Below, in pieces: positions 36,493-46,371 of a DNA stretch of 64,000 nucleotides (positions are counted from its first letter, which is position 1; the number at the start of each line of letters is the position of its first letter). Source of the DNA: Nitrospirota bacterium (GTDB lineage Bacteria; Nitrospirota; JACRHJ01); NCBI GenBank assembly GCA_963733375.1, contig CAVTDB010000017.1, forward strand, positions 1-64,000. The letters run 5' to 3'. The notes under the pieces were generated by a model. The model was not told the origin of the DNA and did no database searches. It saw nothing but the letters and a program-made list of their open reading frames with translations. The position numbers were made by a program, and so were the translations under genes.

Positions 36493-37954
36493 TATAATTT
36501 CGGCTTCCTCAAATGCCACTCGGTCGCCTGCTCGTATGCGTATGCGGCGCGGAGGACCGTCTCCTCGTCGAAATGCCTGCCCGAGTATCTGAAGGCCCAC
36601 GGGCAGGTCATTCTTTGTCATGCCGCAGGGGAGCGACAGGCCGGGGATGCCGGCCAGGTTTACGCTTATGGTGAAGATGTCGCTTAGGTACATCTGGAGC
36701 GGGTCTGCGGTCTTCTCGCCCAGCTTGAACGCGGGCGTCGGCGCGGTCGGGGTGATTATGATGTCCACGTCCTTGAACGCCGTATCGAAATCGGACTTGA
36801 TCAGCGTGCGCACCTGCTGGCCCTTCTTGTAATACGCGTCGTAATAGCCGGAGGACAGCGCGTACGTCCCAAGCATTATCCGGCGCTTCACCTCCGGGCC
36901 GAAGCCTTCCGAGCGGGTCCTCTTGTACATGTCCAAAAGGTCCTCGTGTTCTTTCGCCCGGTATCCGTACTTCACGCCGTCGTAGCGCGCCAGGTTGGAA
37001 GCTTGCCTCGGACGTGGCGAGGATGTAGTAAGTCGCGATGGCGTAGTCGGTATGCGGGAGGGATATCTCTTTTACTTCCGCGCCAAGAGATTGCAGGACT
37101 ACGATCGCCTCCATCATCGCGGCGTAGACCTCTTTGTCGATGCCGCTCTCGACGAAATATTCCTTCGGCATCCCGACCTTCAGGCCTTTTATGCCGCCCT
37201 TCAGATTTGCCGTGAAATCGGGTAACGCGACGTTTGCGGAAGTGGAGTCCAGCGGGTCGTGCCCGCCGATGACGTTCATCATTATGGCGCAGTCTTCCAC
37301 GTCTTTCGTAATCGGCCCGATCTGGTCGAGAGACGAGGCGAACGCGACAAGGCCATAGCGCGAGACCCGGCCGTAAGTGGGTTTTAAACCGACAACCCCG
37401 CAGCAGGACGCGGGCTGGCGTATCGAGCCGCCTGTATCGGAGCCGAGCGCCGCCGCGCATAAATCCGCCGCGACCGCCGCCGCCGAGCCGCCTGACGAGC
37501 CGCCGGGTATGCGTTCCAGGTCCCAGGGATTTTTCGTTGCTTCGTAAGCGGAGTTCTCCGTGGAGGAGCCCATGGCGAACTCGTCCATGTTCGTCTTGCC
37601 GAGCATCACGTAGCCCGCGTCCGTAAGTTTACTCGTAACGGTGGACTCGTACGGCGGGACGAAGTCCGCGAGCATCTTCGAGGCGCAGGTGGTTTTGACG
37701 CCCTTCGTGCACATGTTGTCTTTTATGGCCAGGGGTATGCCGAGAAGCGCAGAGGTCTTTCCCTTGCTCAGCGCATGGTCTGCGTCATCAGCCATCGCGA
37801 TCGTCTTATTCGGCGTCAGTGTCAGATAGGCGTTAACCGAGCCCTCTAACTGCCCTATCCGGCGGGTATATGCAAACGCCGCGTCTTTCGCGGTTATCTC
37901 TTTTTTTATTATCAGCTCCCGGAGCGCGTGGAGCGTGAGGCTGTACAGGTCCAA
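36492..37954 (-). CDS. gatA: Asp/Glu-tRNA amidotransferase subunit A (frameshifted)
   Basis: [44 protein letters not shown]. Confidence 0.97.
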
Positions 37955-37968
37955 GTTTTTTCCTCCGG

Positions 37969-38319
37969 CTATTTTTCGACAGCGTTCTTAGAGTTGACCC
38001 TTACGATAATCGGCTTGAAGGATTTCATCTCTTCTTCGGTATAGCCCTCGTAGCAGAATATTATCACCTTGTCGCCGACCGCGCCCTTCCTGGCTGTGGG
38101 GCCGTTTAAGCATACCGTCCCGGAGCCGCGCTCGCCGGGCAGGACGTAGGTGGTGAAGCGCTCGCCGTTATTCAAGTTCGACAGGCTCACCTGCTCGTAC
38201 GGGACCATGTTCGCGGCGTCCATCAGGTCCACGTCAAGGGTCAGGCTTCCCTCGTACTCGAGGTTCGAGTCGGTAACGGTCGCGCGGTGTATCTTGGAAC
38301 GGAGCATAATTCTAAGCAA
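37969..38319 (-). CDS. panD: Aspartate 1-decarboxylase
   Basis: [12 protein letters not shown] cleavage site, [15 protein letters not shown]. Confidence 0.95.
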   Translation of the reverse strand: MLRIMLRSKIHRATVTDSNLEYEGSLTLDVDLMDAANMVPYEQVSLSNLNNGERFTTYVLPGERGSGTVCLNGPTARKGAVGDKVIIFCYEGYTEEEMKSFKPIIVRVNSKNAVEK

Positions 38320-38338
38320 AGCAAAACCTCCAAAGACC

Positions 38339-38436
38339 CCACTTTCTTTTGGAGAAAAGAAAGTGGACAAAGAAAACCGGGCTTAAAACCCGGCTTTCTT
38401 TTGGGTACCTTTTCTTTCACCTGAAAGAAAAGGTAC
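38339..38436. repeat. REPIN-like paired palindrome, copy 3 (variant)
   Basis: ccactttcttttggagaaaagaaagtgg ... gtaccttttctttcacctgaaagaaaaggtac. Confidence 0.8.
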
Positions 38437-38439
38437 GAA

Positions 38440-38727
38440 TTATTCAATTATCTTCGGCACCCTGTAAAAATCTCCGGCGCGGTCCGGGGCGTTCGAGAGC
38501 GCGTCGTCCGGCGAAAGCGACGGCCGCACCTCATCGTCCCTCATCACGTTATTGATGGGCAGCACGTGCGACGTAGGCTCCACGCCTGTCGTGTCCAGCT
38601 CGTTTAACTTGTCCACGTATGACAGTATGGCATCGAGCTGCCGGGTGGCCAGTTCCTTCTCCTCCTCGGAAAAAGTCAGCCGGGCGAGGTTGGCGACGTG
38701 CTCGACTTCGTTTACGGTGATTTTCAT
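38440..38727 (-). CDS. gatC: Asp/Glu-tRNA amidotransferase subunit C
   Basis: EVEHVANLARL, LDTTGVEPT, NAP..FYRVPKII. Confidence 0.96.
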   Translation of the reverse strand: MKITVNEVEHVANLARLTFSEEEKELATRQLDAILSYVDKLNELDTTGVEPTSHVLPINNVMRDDEVRPSLSPDDALSNAPDRAGDFYRVPKIIE

Positions 38728-38940
38728 AGCGGCTCCTGCTGGAAACTCCCAGTAAAATATAGAAAATATCATATTTAGCGCGGAGTTTCAAGGTATAATT
38801 CGTTTTTATGTGATATAATTTTTAAATGCGCCGGAGAGACTTTGACATCCCGGGCAGGCCTGTCTGATTTGGTCTTGAAAGCTTTGGTTTTTAAATATAG
38901 AATGCTCCCCGGCGACACTCAAAAAGGGAGGGAGAGCTAA

Positions 38941-39853
38941 ATGTACGATTTAGTGATAATAGGCGGGGGGCCGGGCGGGCTTACGGCCGGTATTTATGCG
39001 CAGAGGGCGAACCTGAAAACGGTCCTGCTTGAAAAAATGGGCATCGGCGGCCAGATATGCATGTCCGACGTCATAGAGAACTACCCGGGCTTCAAGAGCA
39101 TAAACGGCATCGACCTGATGAAGCTCTTCGAGGAGCAGGCGAGGGCCCTGGGGCTTGAGGTAAAGTTCGCCGAAGTGACGAAGGTGGTGGACAGGGGCAC
39201 CCATAAGGAAGTCATTACTTCCGAGGAGACCATCGCGGCGAAGGCCGTCATAATCTCGACCGGCGCCAGGCCGAAACGCCTGGGCGTGGCCGGGGAGGCG
39301 GAGCTTATCGGGCGGGGGGTCTCGTTCTGCGCCACCTGCGACGGTTTTTTCTTCAAGGGCCGCGAGGTCGCGGTAATCGGAGGAGGGGACGCCGCACTGA
39401 AGGAAGGGCTGTTCCTCTGTAAGATTGCGAAGAAGGTCCATTTAATCCACCGCCGGGACGCATTCCGCGCGGAGAAGATTACGCAGGACAAGGCCCATGG
39501 CCGACCCGAACTTCGAGTTCCATCTGAACAAGGTGGTGGACGAGATAAAAGGGGACGCGATGGGCGTGCAGGGACTTTTACTCTCCGACACGGTCACCGG
39601 GGAAAAAGAGGAGCTGAAGGTGGACGGGGTATTCGTCTTCGTCGGCATAAGCCCGAACACCGCGTTCACCGACGTGGAAAAGGACGACTACGGCTTCATC
39701 AAAACGGACAGGCTTCTGATGACTTCGGCCATGGGTATCTTCGCAGTAGGCGACTGCCGGGATACGCCGCTTCGGCAGGTGGCCACGGCTGTCGGGGACG
39801 GGGCGTTTGCGGCGTTCGAGGCCCAGCGCTACGTAGAATCGCTGGGGGAGTGA
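38941..39853 (+). CDS. trxB: Thioredoxin-disulfide reductase (frameshift near 39490)
   Basis: IGGGPGG, CATCDG, GGGDAA, HRRD, GD..QVATAVGDG. Confidence 0.95.
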
Positions 39854-39861
39854 AAACCTTT

Positions 39862-39949
39862 GTTACCTTTTTGGAAAAAGGTAACGCCAAAAACTTTTAA
39901 ACTTGCCCCGTTTTCTTTGGTTACTTTCTTTTTCGCAAAAGAAAGTAAC
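39862..39949. repeat. REPIN-like paired palindrome, copy 4
   Basis: Same left palindrome as copies 1-2 plus gttactttctttttcgcaaaagaaagtaac. Confidence 0.85.
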
Positions 39950-39962
39950 AAAGGTTTTGATT

Positions 39963-40586
39963 ATGCGTAAAATATACGACATATCGATGGGCATAAAAGA
40001 CGGGATGCTGACATATCCCGGCGACCCCGGCGTCAGCCTCAGGAGGGAGAAGGAAATCGGCAAGGGGTCTCAAGCGAACCTCTCCATGTACTGCATAGGC
40101 TCGCATACCGGGACGCACGTGGACCCGCCATTTCACTTCTTCCCGGACGGCGATACCGCCGAAGCGCTGCCGCTTGACTCGCTGATCGGCCCGGCGGTAG
40201 TGGTGGAGGCCCCTGACGAAATAGGCCGGGATTTCCTGGCGGGCGCGGGCTTTGGTTTAGCTGAGCGCGTGCTCTTCAAGACAAAGAACTCCGCATTCTC
40301 CCAGGACCCGGTATTCCGCGAGGAGTTCGCGCATCTGACTCCGGACGGGGCGCAATATTTAGCGGAGCAGGGCGTGAAGCTGGTGGGGATAGATTACCTT
40401 TCCATCGAGAAATTCCACAGCAAGGAACACGCCGTCCACAAGATTTTTCTGGGGAAGGGTATCGTGATACTGGAAGGCCTGGATTTATCAAACGTGGAGC
40501 CGGGTGAATATACGTTTTTGTGCCTGCCGCTCAAGGTAATCGGCGGGGACGGCGCGCCCGCCAGGGCCGTGCTTATAAAGGAGTGA
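39963..40586 (+). CDS. Cyclase family protein (KynB-like)
   Basis: YPGDP, HTGTHVDPP.H, GIDYLSIE, ILEGL, GDGAPARAV. Confidence 0.9.
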   Translation: MRKIYDISMGIKDGMLTYPGDPGVSLRREKEIGKGSQANLSMYCIGSHTGTHVDPPFHFFPDGDTAEALPLDSLIGPAVVVEAPDEIGRDFLAGAGFGLAERVLFKTKNSAFSQDPVFREEFAHLTPDGAQYLAEQGVKLVGIDYLSIEKFHSKEHAVHKIFLGKGIVILEGLDLSNVEPGEYTFLCLPLKVIGGDGAPARAVLIKE

Positions 40587-40592
40587 CGTAGA

Positions 40593-41390
40593 ATGCAACT
40601 GCCGACCGGCCGGATCGAGCCCGTCGAATTCATAGAGGGCCGTGCCAAGAGCGTATTGTTCATGGTGCAGGACTTCTACGGCCTGTCTCTGAAGGCCATC
40701 TCCGGGATATTCAAGAGGCCCCGCTACCTGGGCGAGGTCCTCTTCCAGATGGACGAGATAGGCGTCGGCTCCATACCCATCATCATCCTCACGGGTCTTT
40801 TCACCGGGATGGTCCTGGCGCTCCAGAGCGCGGTCCAGCTGTCGATATTCGGCGCGTCGATGTATATCGGCAAGGTCGTCGCGATGTCCATGATAAAGGA
40901 GCTTGGCCCGGTGCTCTCGGCGCTCATGGTGGCGGGGAGGGTAGGCTCCGGCATCGCGGCGGAGATAGGCTCTATGGTGGACACCGAGCAGATAGACGCC
41001 ATGCGCGTCGAGGGCTCGGACCCCATAAAGAAGCTGGTGGTGCCCAGGCTGATCGCATGCATGGTGATGCTCCCGCTTTTGACCGTAATCTCCGACTCCG
41101 TCGGCATGGCCGGGGGCTTCTTCATCGCCATCAGCCAGTTCAATATCGACCCGGTGTTCTACTGGAAGTCGTCCTTTGACATACTGGAACTCCGCGATAT
41201 CATGCTGGGCCTGGTGAAGCCGGTATTCTTCGGTTTCATCATCGCGATGGTCGGAAGCTACCAGGGCTTAAGGACCCACGGCGGCACGGTAGGGGTGGGC
41301 AGGAGCACGACGGAGAGCGTCGTTTACTCCTCCATCTCGATTTTGGTGATAGACTTCTTTTTAACGAAGTCGTTCATGTACATCTTTTAG
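40593..41390 (+). CDS. mlaE: MlaE-family ABC permease
   Basis: ELGPVL, AGRVGSGIAAEIGSM..TEQIDA, GVGRSTT.SVV. Confidence 0.92.
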   Translation: MQLPTGRIEPVEFIEGRAKSVLFMVQDFYGLSLKAISGIFKRPRYLGEVLFQMDEIGVGSIPIIILTGLFTGMVLALQSAVQLSIFGASMYIGKVVAMSMIKELGPVLSALMVAGRVGSGIAAEIGSMVDTEQIDAMRVEGSDPIKKLVVPRLIACMVMLPLLTVISDSVGMAGGFFIAISQFNIDPVFYWKSSFDILELRDIMLGLVKPVFFGFIIAMVGSYQGLRTHGGTVGVGRSTTESVVYSSISILVIDFFLTKSFMYIF

Positions 41391-41398
41391 AGTAACGC

Positions 41399-42178
41399 AT
41401 GATCCGTTTAGAAAACATATGCTTAACGCTGGGCGGCGCTCAGGTCTTAAAGGACGTGAGCTTAGACCTGAAGCCCGGTCAGACGGGCGTCATACTTGGC
41501 GCGTCCGGCTCCGGGAAGACGACTATCCTCCGGCTGATACTGGGCCTTTTTAAGCCCGATTCCGGCAGGATATTCATCGACGGGGAGGACACGACCGGTT
41601 TCTCGGAAGAGGAACTCATGCCGGTCCGGGCTAAAATGGGGATGGTGTTCCAGGCGGGAGCGCTTTTCGATTCCATGACGGTGGGCGAGAACGTCGCCTA
41701 CAGGCTCTCGGAAAAAGGCGGCCATTCGCCGGAAGAGATAGAGGAGAAGGTGCGGAGAAGCCTTCGGTTCGTGGGCCTGGAGGACTCGATAGACCAGATG
41801 CCGGCCGAGCTCTCCGGCGGCATGAAGAAGCGGGTGGCTATCGCCCGCGGCATCATAACCCAGCCGAAGATAATGCTGTACGACGAGCCGTCGGCGGGAC
41901 TGGACCCGCTCAACTCGCACAACATAACGAACCTCATAAACCGTCTTCGGTCCGAACTGGGCGTGACCTCGGTCGTGGTGACGCACGACATCCCGCTCGC
42001 GTTCCACGTGGCGGACGAAATCGCCTTCCTGAACGAGGGCGTCGTCTGCTACAATGGCGATACGTACGGACTTCTAAAGACCGACAACGAGTGCGCCAGG
42101 GAGTTCATCAACCATTCGGCTGCGTGGACCCGAAGAACGGGGAGGAGCGGAGTTTTGCAAAGGGAGGCGCTTAGATGA
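41399..42178 (+). CDS. mlaF: MlaF-family ABC ATPase
   Basis: GASGSGKT, MVFQ.GALFDS, LSGGMKKR, YDEP. Confidence 0.92.
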   Translation: MIRLENICLTLGGAQVLKDVSLDLKPGQTGVILGASGSGKTTILRLILGLFKPDSGRIFIDGEDTTGFSEEELMPVRAKMGMVFQAGALFDSMTVGENVAYRLSEKGGHSPEEIEEKVRRSLRFVGLEDSIDQMPAELSGGMKKRVAIARGIITQPKIMLYDEPSAGLDPLNSHNITNLINRLRSELGVTSVVVTHDIPLAFHVADEIAFLNEGVVCYNGDTYGLLKTDNECAREFINHSAAWTRRTGRSGVLQREALR

Positions 42179-43251
42179 AGAGCAGCAGGAGCATGTCCTG
42201 GTCCGAGCTGAAGACCGGAATAGTCATAATAATAGCGTTCATCCTGCTTGCCGTAGGGATACTCCAGGTCGGCGGCAGGACCTCGTTCTTTACGAAACGT
42301 TATACGCTCTTCGTGCGCATGGAGAACTCCTACGGGCTGAAGGTCGGGAGCAACGTGCGGCTCGCGGGAATAGAGGTCGGGAACGTGGAGGACATCCTGC
42401 TCCCGTCAGACAAAAATGATAAGCAGATAATCATAAAGCTTAAGGTCCAGAAGAAATACATGGACAGGATACGCCAGGACTCCTTCGTCACCATACGCAC
42501 GATGGGGCTTTTGGGCGATAAGTACCTGGACATATCCGTGGGCAGTCCGCAGTACGCCGTCCTGCCGCCGGGTTCGACGCTCAACAATATCCAGGGGACC
42601 CAGCTTTCGTCGGTCATAGCCGGCGCGGCTTCGGGGCTTGAGAGCGTAAACGCGGTGCTGGGCCAGTTAAGGCATACGCTTGGGGACGTAAATAACGGCA
42701 AGGGCACATTCGGCTTGATGCTGAAGGACCCCAGGCTCTACGATCAGCTGGCAAACGCCTCGGAGAACCTCCAGAACCTGACCCAGGAACTGGGAAAAGG
42801 CAACGGGAGCCTGGGCAAACTGGTGAGGGATCCGGAGTTCTACAAAAACCTTGTCGAAGTATCGCAGAAGACGAAGGAACTGATGAACAAGCTTGATACC
42901 GGGAGCTTTGCCAGGCTCTCGGACGACAAGGCATTCTACGAGAACCTGCGCGACGTATCGGTAAATTTAAAGGATATTACCCAAAGCACGAAGGCGCTAG
43001 CGGATAACCTGAACAAGGGGAGCATCTCCCGCATCTCGTCGGACCCGGAGCTTTTTAACCGGGTGGAGCGGGTGTCAAGCAGGCTGGATTCCTTAATCGC
43101 CAAGGTCGAGAGCGGCCAGGGCAGCGCGGGCAAGCTGCTTACCGACGAGAAGCTCTACAACAACATGAACAAGTTCTTTACTGACGCGGACACGCTGGTT
43201 CTGGACTTCAAGGAACACCCGAAAAAATATATAAATTTGTCGATATTTTAG
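42175..43251 (+). CDS. mlaD: MlaD/MCE-domain protein with helical repeats
   Basis: GLKVGSNVRLAGIEVG, GLLGDKY, repeated G.G.LG.L..D..LY. Confidence 0.9.
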   Translation: MKSSRSMSWSELKTGIVIIIAFILLAVGILQVGGRTSFFTKRYTLFVRMENSYGLKVGSNVRLAGIEVGNVEDILLPSDKNDKQIIIKLKVQKKYMDRIRQDSFVTIRTMGLLGDKYLDISVGSPQYAVLPPGSTLNNIQGTQLSSVIAGAASGLESVNAVLGQLRHTLGDVNNGKGTFGLMLKDPRLYDQLANASENLQNLTQELGKGNGSLGKLVRDPEFYKNLVEVSQKTKELMNKLDTGSFARLSDDKAFYENLRDVSVNLKDITQSTKALADNLNKGSISRISSDPELFNRVERVSSRLDSLIAKVESGQGSAGKLLTDEKLYNNMNKFFTDADTLVLDFKEHPKKYINLSIF

Positions 43252-43291
43252 GAGGATTAATTATATTGATAATTCGATAAGAATAATTGTT

Positions 43292-43320
43292 TTGACTTAA
43301 TATAACTAAATAAATATATT
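43292..43320 (+). promoter_or_regulatory. Sigma70 promoter
   Basis: TTGACT-17 nt-TATATT. Confidence 0.65.
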
Positions 43321-43323
43321 TGA

Positions 43324-43429
43324 GACTGCAAGCGCAGTGCCCGATGTCAAAAGGACGGGGTGTGGGGCTTTGGCAGTTGAAGATTTATAAAGCCCGCCCC
43401 GAGGACCGAAATTGGGGCGGGTTTTTTTT
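43324..43429 (+). ncRNA. Candidate structured leader / attenuator or small RNA ending in an intrinsic terminator
   Basis: GC-rich hairpins in AT-rich context; terminator gcccgccccga..ttggggcgggtttttttt; cggggtgtggggcttt can pair with aaagcccgccccg. Confidence 0.45.
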
Positions 43430-43474
43430 ATCTTAAGTTATTTTTAACAGAGTAATTAAGAAACGGAGATAAAG

Positions 43475-44911
43475 ATGCGCTATAGAATTTTATTGTTTGC
43501 CTTAATGATATGGTTTGTTTTTTCATGTAATATTTCGTATGCTTTTTCGCCGCAGACGTACGGATCACAGGAAACGTCGAGTGCGGATGTACCGAAAACT
43601 GTAGCTGCTTATGGTAATAGTTATGTTAATTATACTGGTGCTGCACCTGCCCCTTTCAGTCCACCTAAGGCAACTGAAGATGATAAGATTTTGAAGCAAC
43701 TTCAATTTTCTTATTCCAAGGCGGTCCCGAGAGTTACAGTAAATGCATTAAGTTATTATATAAATCCAGCGGGAGACTTCACATTACCATTAAACATCTT
43801 TTCCTCTTATCAAGTTAAAAGCGTTGATAATCCCACCAACGTGGGAGACGCGTTACTCGATACATATGGTGGTGTGGTAAATGTGTCAATTGGTATTGAT
43901 GTTAGCAAATTGTTCAACATGACCGAGAATTTTAATAATCTGATTTATAAGATTTCGGGACGGGATCCGTCTATTGAAGAGCATGTAAAGCCCATATATG
44001 ATAAAAATGGCATTCGCACAAATTATAATTTACTTGGAGTGCCAATAAAGGACGAAAAAGGAAAAGCCATAGTTTATGCTAACCAGCAAGGCGACAAAGT
44101 GTTCGACGATACAGGTAAACCAATAATCTATTATAAATCGAAATACCTCATTCCAGATTATATATATAAAACGGGATACATTATTTTTGACGAAAAGGGG
44201 ACTCCAATCAAGGTTAAGGAGGCTCCACAAAAAGAAGGCGAGTATGCTGTTAAGCTTGCAAGAACCCTTTTTAATGAAAATGATAGTGAAGCTGACGCGG
44301 TGGCCAAACTCAAAACTGTAGGCGTCGATCTGAGCGGGGATGATTTGTCCTGCAAATTAACGACCGAAAAAGAGCAGGAAATAGACGACGGCGTAAAAAC
44401 CGCAGCCAAGGCCGGCAAGATCCCAGGAGTGGCCGTGGGCGAAGCACATAAAGCGCTCCTGGCAGCAAAAAATTATAAAGTTATCGATATAACTAAGGGA
44501 TTTTTCCTTTATATTGCTGGTGGAGGCAAGGCGATTAAGACATTAACCGAATCAGATATTGATACTCATCCTGCACATTCCGAAATTTCTGATAAATATT
44601 TTCCTGAATGGTACGGTGCCATTATGGCAAAGTTCATTTTTCCTATAACAAGTGATTCCAACGCTCTTAATAGAGCAGGCGAAGCGACTGTGGGAGCGAA
44701 TTTTGTATTTAATTATATAAATTCTCCTATATATAACGGCGAAAATGGAATATTTCCCAAAATTAAGACGAAATGGATAAGCTATGGCGACGTTTATGGA
44801 AGCATATATATAGATAACCAAATAAGTTTAGAAGGGGGCGCGACCCTTTACAACAATGTGAATAGTAGTATACAAAATATATACTATTTCAAAGTTGCAT
44901 ATGTACGATAG
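43475..44911 (+). CDS. AT-rich hypothetical secreted protein, possibly an outer-membrane protein (478 aa)
   Basis: Intact long ORF, RBS GGAG, signal peptide, DxxGxPI-like hairpin repeats, amphipathic C-terminal strands. Confidence 0.75.
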   Translation: MRYRILLFALMIWFVFSCNISYAFSPQTYGSQETSSADVPKTVAAYGNSYVNYTGAAPAPFSPPKATEDDKILKQLQFSYSKAVPRVTVNALSYYINPAGDFTLPLNIFSSYQVKSVDNPTNVGDALLDTYGGVVNVSIGIDVSKLFNMTENFNNLIYKISGRDPSIEEHVKPIYDKNGIRTNYNLLGVPIKDEKGKAIVYANQQGDKVFDDTGKPIIYYKSKYLIPDYIYKTGYIIFDEKGTPIKVKEAPQKEGEYAVKLARTLFNENDSEADAVAKLKTVGVDLSGDDLSCKLTTEKEQEIDDGVKTAAKAGKIPGVAVGEAHKALLAAKNYKVIDITKGFFLYIAGGGKAIKTLTESDIDTHPAHSEISDKYFPEWYGAIMAKFIFPITSDSNALNRAGEATVGANFVFNYINSPIYNGENGIFPKIKTKWISYGDVYGSIYIDNQISLEGGATLYNNVNSSIQNIYYFKVAYVR

Positions 44912-44925
44912 CAGCATGGGGATGG

Positions 44926-46336
44926 TTATTTTATCCCCGCCGCTTGTCAAATTGCCGACCACCACTATGTCCATCTGGTCCGGGTGCAGGTATTTCCGGG
45001 AGGCCTTCAAGATGTCGTCCTTCGTCACCTTGTGTATCGCGTCGTAATAGACCTCGAAGTAGTTAAGCCCCAGGTTGTAGTACTCCACCTGGGCGAGCAG
45101 GTCCGAGATCTTGGAGTTGGTGTCCATCTTCCGGGCGAAGCTTCCGAAGATAAAATCCTTCGCGTCCTGAAGCTCCTTGTCCGAGACCGGCTCCGCCTTC
45201 ATCTTCTCTATAATCTTCAGGGTCTCGTCGATGGCTGTCTTCGCCGTCTCGTTCCTCGTCTGCATGCCGACCGTGTAATCGCCTGAATATTTGCGCGCGC
45301 CGAAATAGCTGTACGCGCTGTAGGCAAGGCCCATGTTATCCCTTATCTGGTCGAGTATCCGGGAGACGAACCCCCCGCCGCCCAGGATGTAGTTCATCAC
45401 GTAAAGCGTGTAGTAGTCCGGGTTCTCGCGGGTTACGCCCAGGTGCCCCATCAGGATGTTCGCCTGGGTGATGTCCCTGTTTATGTAGTCGTGCCTGAGG
45501 GCCATCTTCGGCGGCGCAGGGATTTTAGGCGCCGGCACGTCCTTCTTCTTCCACTCGGCCATATATTTGGAAATAAGAGCCTTCGCATCCTTCGCGGTGA
45601 TGTCGCCGACCACCGCCATTATGCAGTTGTTGGGGGCATAGAAGTCGTTATGGAAAGCCACTATGTCTTCCCTTGTGATGCCATCAATAGTGGACGCGGT
45701 CCCTTCGACCGGGCGGCCGTACGGGCTGTCCTCGCCGAAGACCATCTTCTGGTACGCCTTCTGGGCCACCTGCTCCGGTTCCTGTTCCTCGCGGATTATG
45801 CCCGCCTTGGTGTCATTTTTCAGCCGGTCTATCTCCGCCTGGTCGAACGTGGGGGAGATAAGCACCTTCGACAGGAGCGAGAAGCCGGTATCCAGGTCTT
45901 TTTTAAGAACCGTCAACTTAGCCGTAGCGAAATCATCGCCGCCGCCGACTTCCAGAGAGCCGCCCACGAACTCTATGGCCTCGGAGATATCCGTCGCGCT
46001 CATCTTGCCCGCGCCCTTTGTCAAAAGCCCCGCGGTCAGGTGACCAAGCCCGGCCTTGGCCGGCGGCTCCATCACCGAGCCCGCCTTTATTATCATGCTG
46101 ATTGTCACCACCGGCAGGGCGTGGTTCTCCTTTACGAGCAGGACCATGCCGTTATCCAGCACGACCCTCTCCCCGATGGGGCCCTTGAAGCGGGAGATGT
46201 CGGTCTTCGGCCTCGGAAGCTGGGCCTCGGCGGTGGACTGCTTTTCCGCCGCGCCTTGGGCAAATGCGGAGGAGTTCAGGGCGGGCGCTGAAATCAAAAC
46301 GAGCAGCAGAAGAGTCAGCGGCAGAAGTTTGTTCAT
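44926..46336 (-). CDS. M16B (pitrilysin-family) peptidase, non-catalytic subunit
   Basis: LDNG..L.KENH.LP, HxxEH absent (GHLTAGLL), LGGGGF.SR..IR..GLAY. Confidence 0.9.
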
Positions 46337-46371
46337 TTTGAGAGTCCTCTCCATATTTGTCAGCGTACCTG

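Noticed and set aside
19259-39949. CRISPR array from the repeated palindromes or the tandem repeats at 22329, 26838 and 33483
   Set aside because: The repeats are either dispersed or directly adjacent without unique spacers, and there are no cas genes.
44828-44928. 84-nt convergent overlap between the M16 peptidase and the AT-rich gene
   Set aside because: A more plausible peptidase stop lies at 44926-44928 after a local indel.
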